Positions 63,736-64,000 of a stretch of DNA of 64,000 bases are shown here, one piece after another. The stretch is from Octopus sinensis (Eukaryota). The notes under the pieces were generated by a model. That model was not told where the DNA came from. It saw nothing but the letters and a program-made list of their open reading frames with translations, and ran no database searches. The DNA is taken from NCBI RefSeq assembly GCF_006345805.1, contig NC_042999.1:89590001-89654000 (forward strand), read 5' to 3'. The position numbers were made by a program, and so were the translations under genes. Position 1 is the first letter of the stretch. Each line of letters starts with the position of its first letter.

Positions 63736-64000
63736 ATAGTAGAAGTAGAAATGAGAAAGAGAAAGAGAAAGAGATGGAGGAGACAGCCCGCCTGTAGGTT
63801 AGACTGAGGTGTATTAATGAACGGTTTCGTTTCACACATCGACTGATTTTTCTTTAGATGCGTTCTAAATTGTCTGTGTGTCTAGCAGCAGCAACAGCTT
63901 CCTGGTAGATGTGACACTCCTGTATAGGTTTTACCAAGCTAGTAGTTATTGAGATATGAAGTATTTTAGGGCTCTGAAGAGGAAGGTTAGTTTTTGTGAT

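Overview
Eukaryotic, AT-rich and repeat-dense DNA. The SINE/LINE/MITE landscape and microsatellites point to a coleoid cephalopod, most likely Octopus (inference). Left half (1-29.5 kb): I reconstructed by hand 17 consecutive coding exons of COG3 on the minus strand. All have GT-AG boundaries with consistent phase (1939 nt, 646 codons), and the gene continues beyond position 1. Right half: a divergently oriented, apparently lineage-specific gene encoding a 283-aa, very basic, Cys-free secreted protein with an 18-bp/6-aa tandem repeat. It also holds three tRNA genes (Gly-GCC x2, one with a D-stem variant; His-GTG) and many TE remnants: pogo with a PHD finger, mariner, hAT and TTAA MITEs, Helitron ends, RTE, CR1-like, Tx1-like, R4/Dong-like, CRE-like and Penelope-like LINEs, and tRNA-derived SINEs. 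The best leads are the orphan secreted protein, several long fold-back structures in introns (possible dsRNA/ADAR substrates), a pre-miRNA-sized intronic hairpin, and an apparent CpG-depletion boundary matching the COG3 gene body. No CRISPR array or prokaryotic operon is present. Family assignments come from recalled motifs, not database searches.
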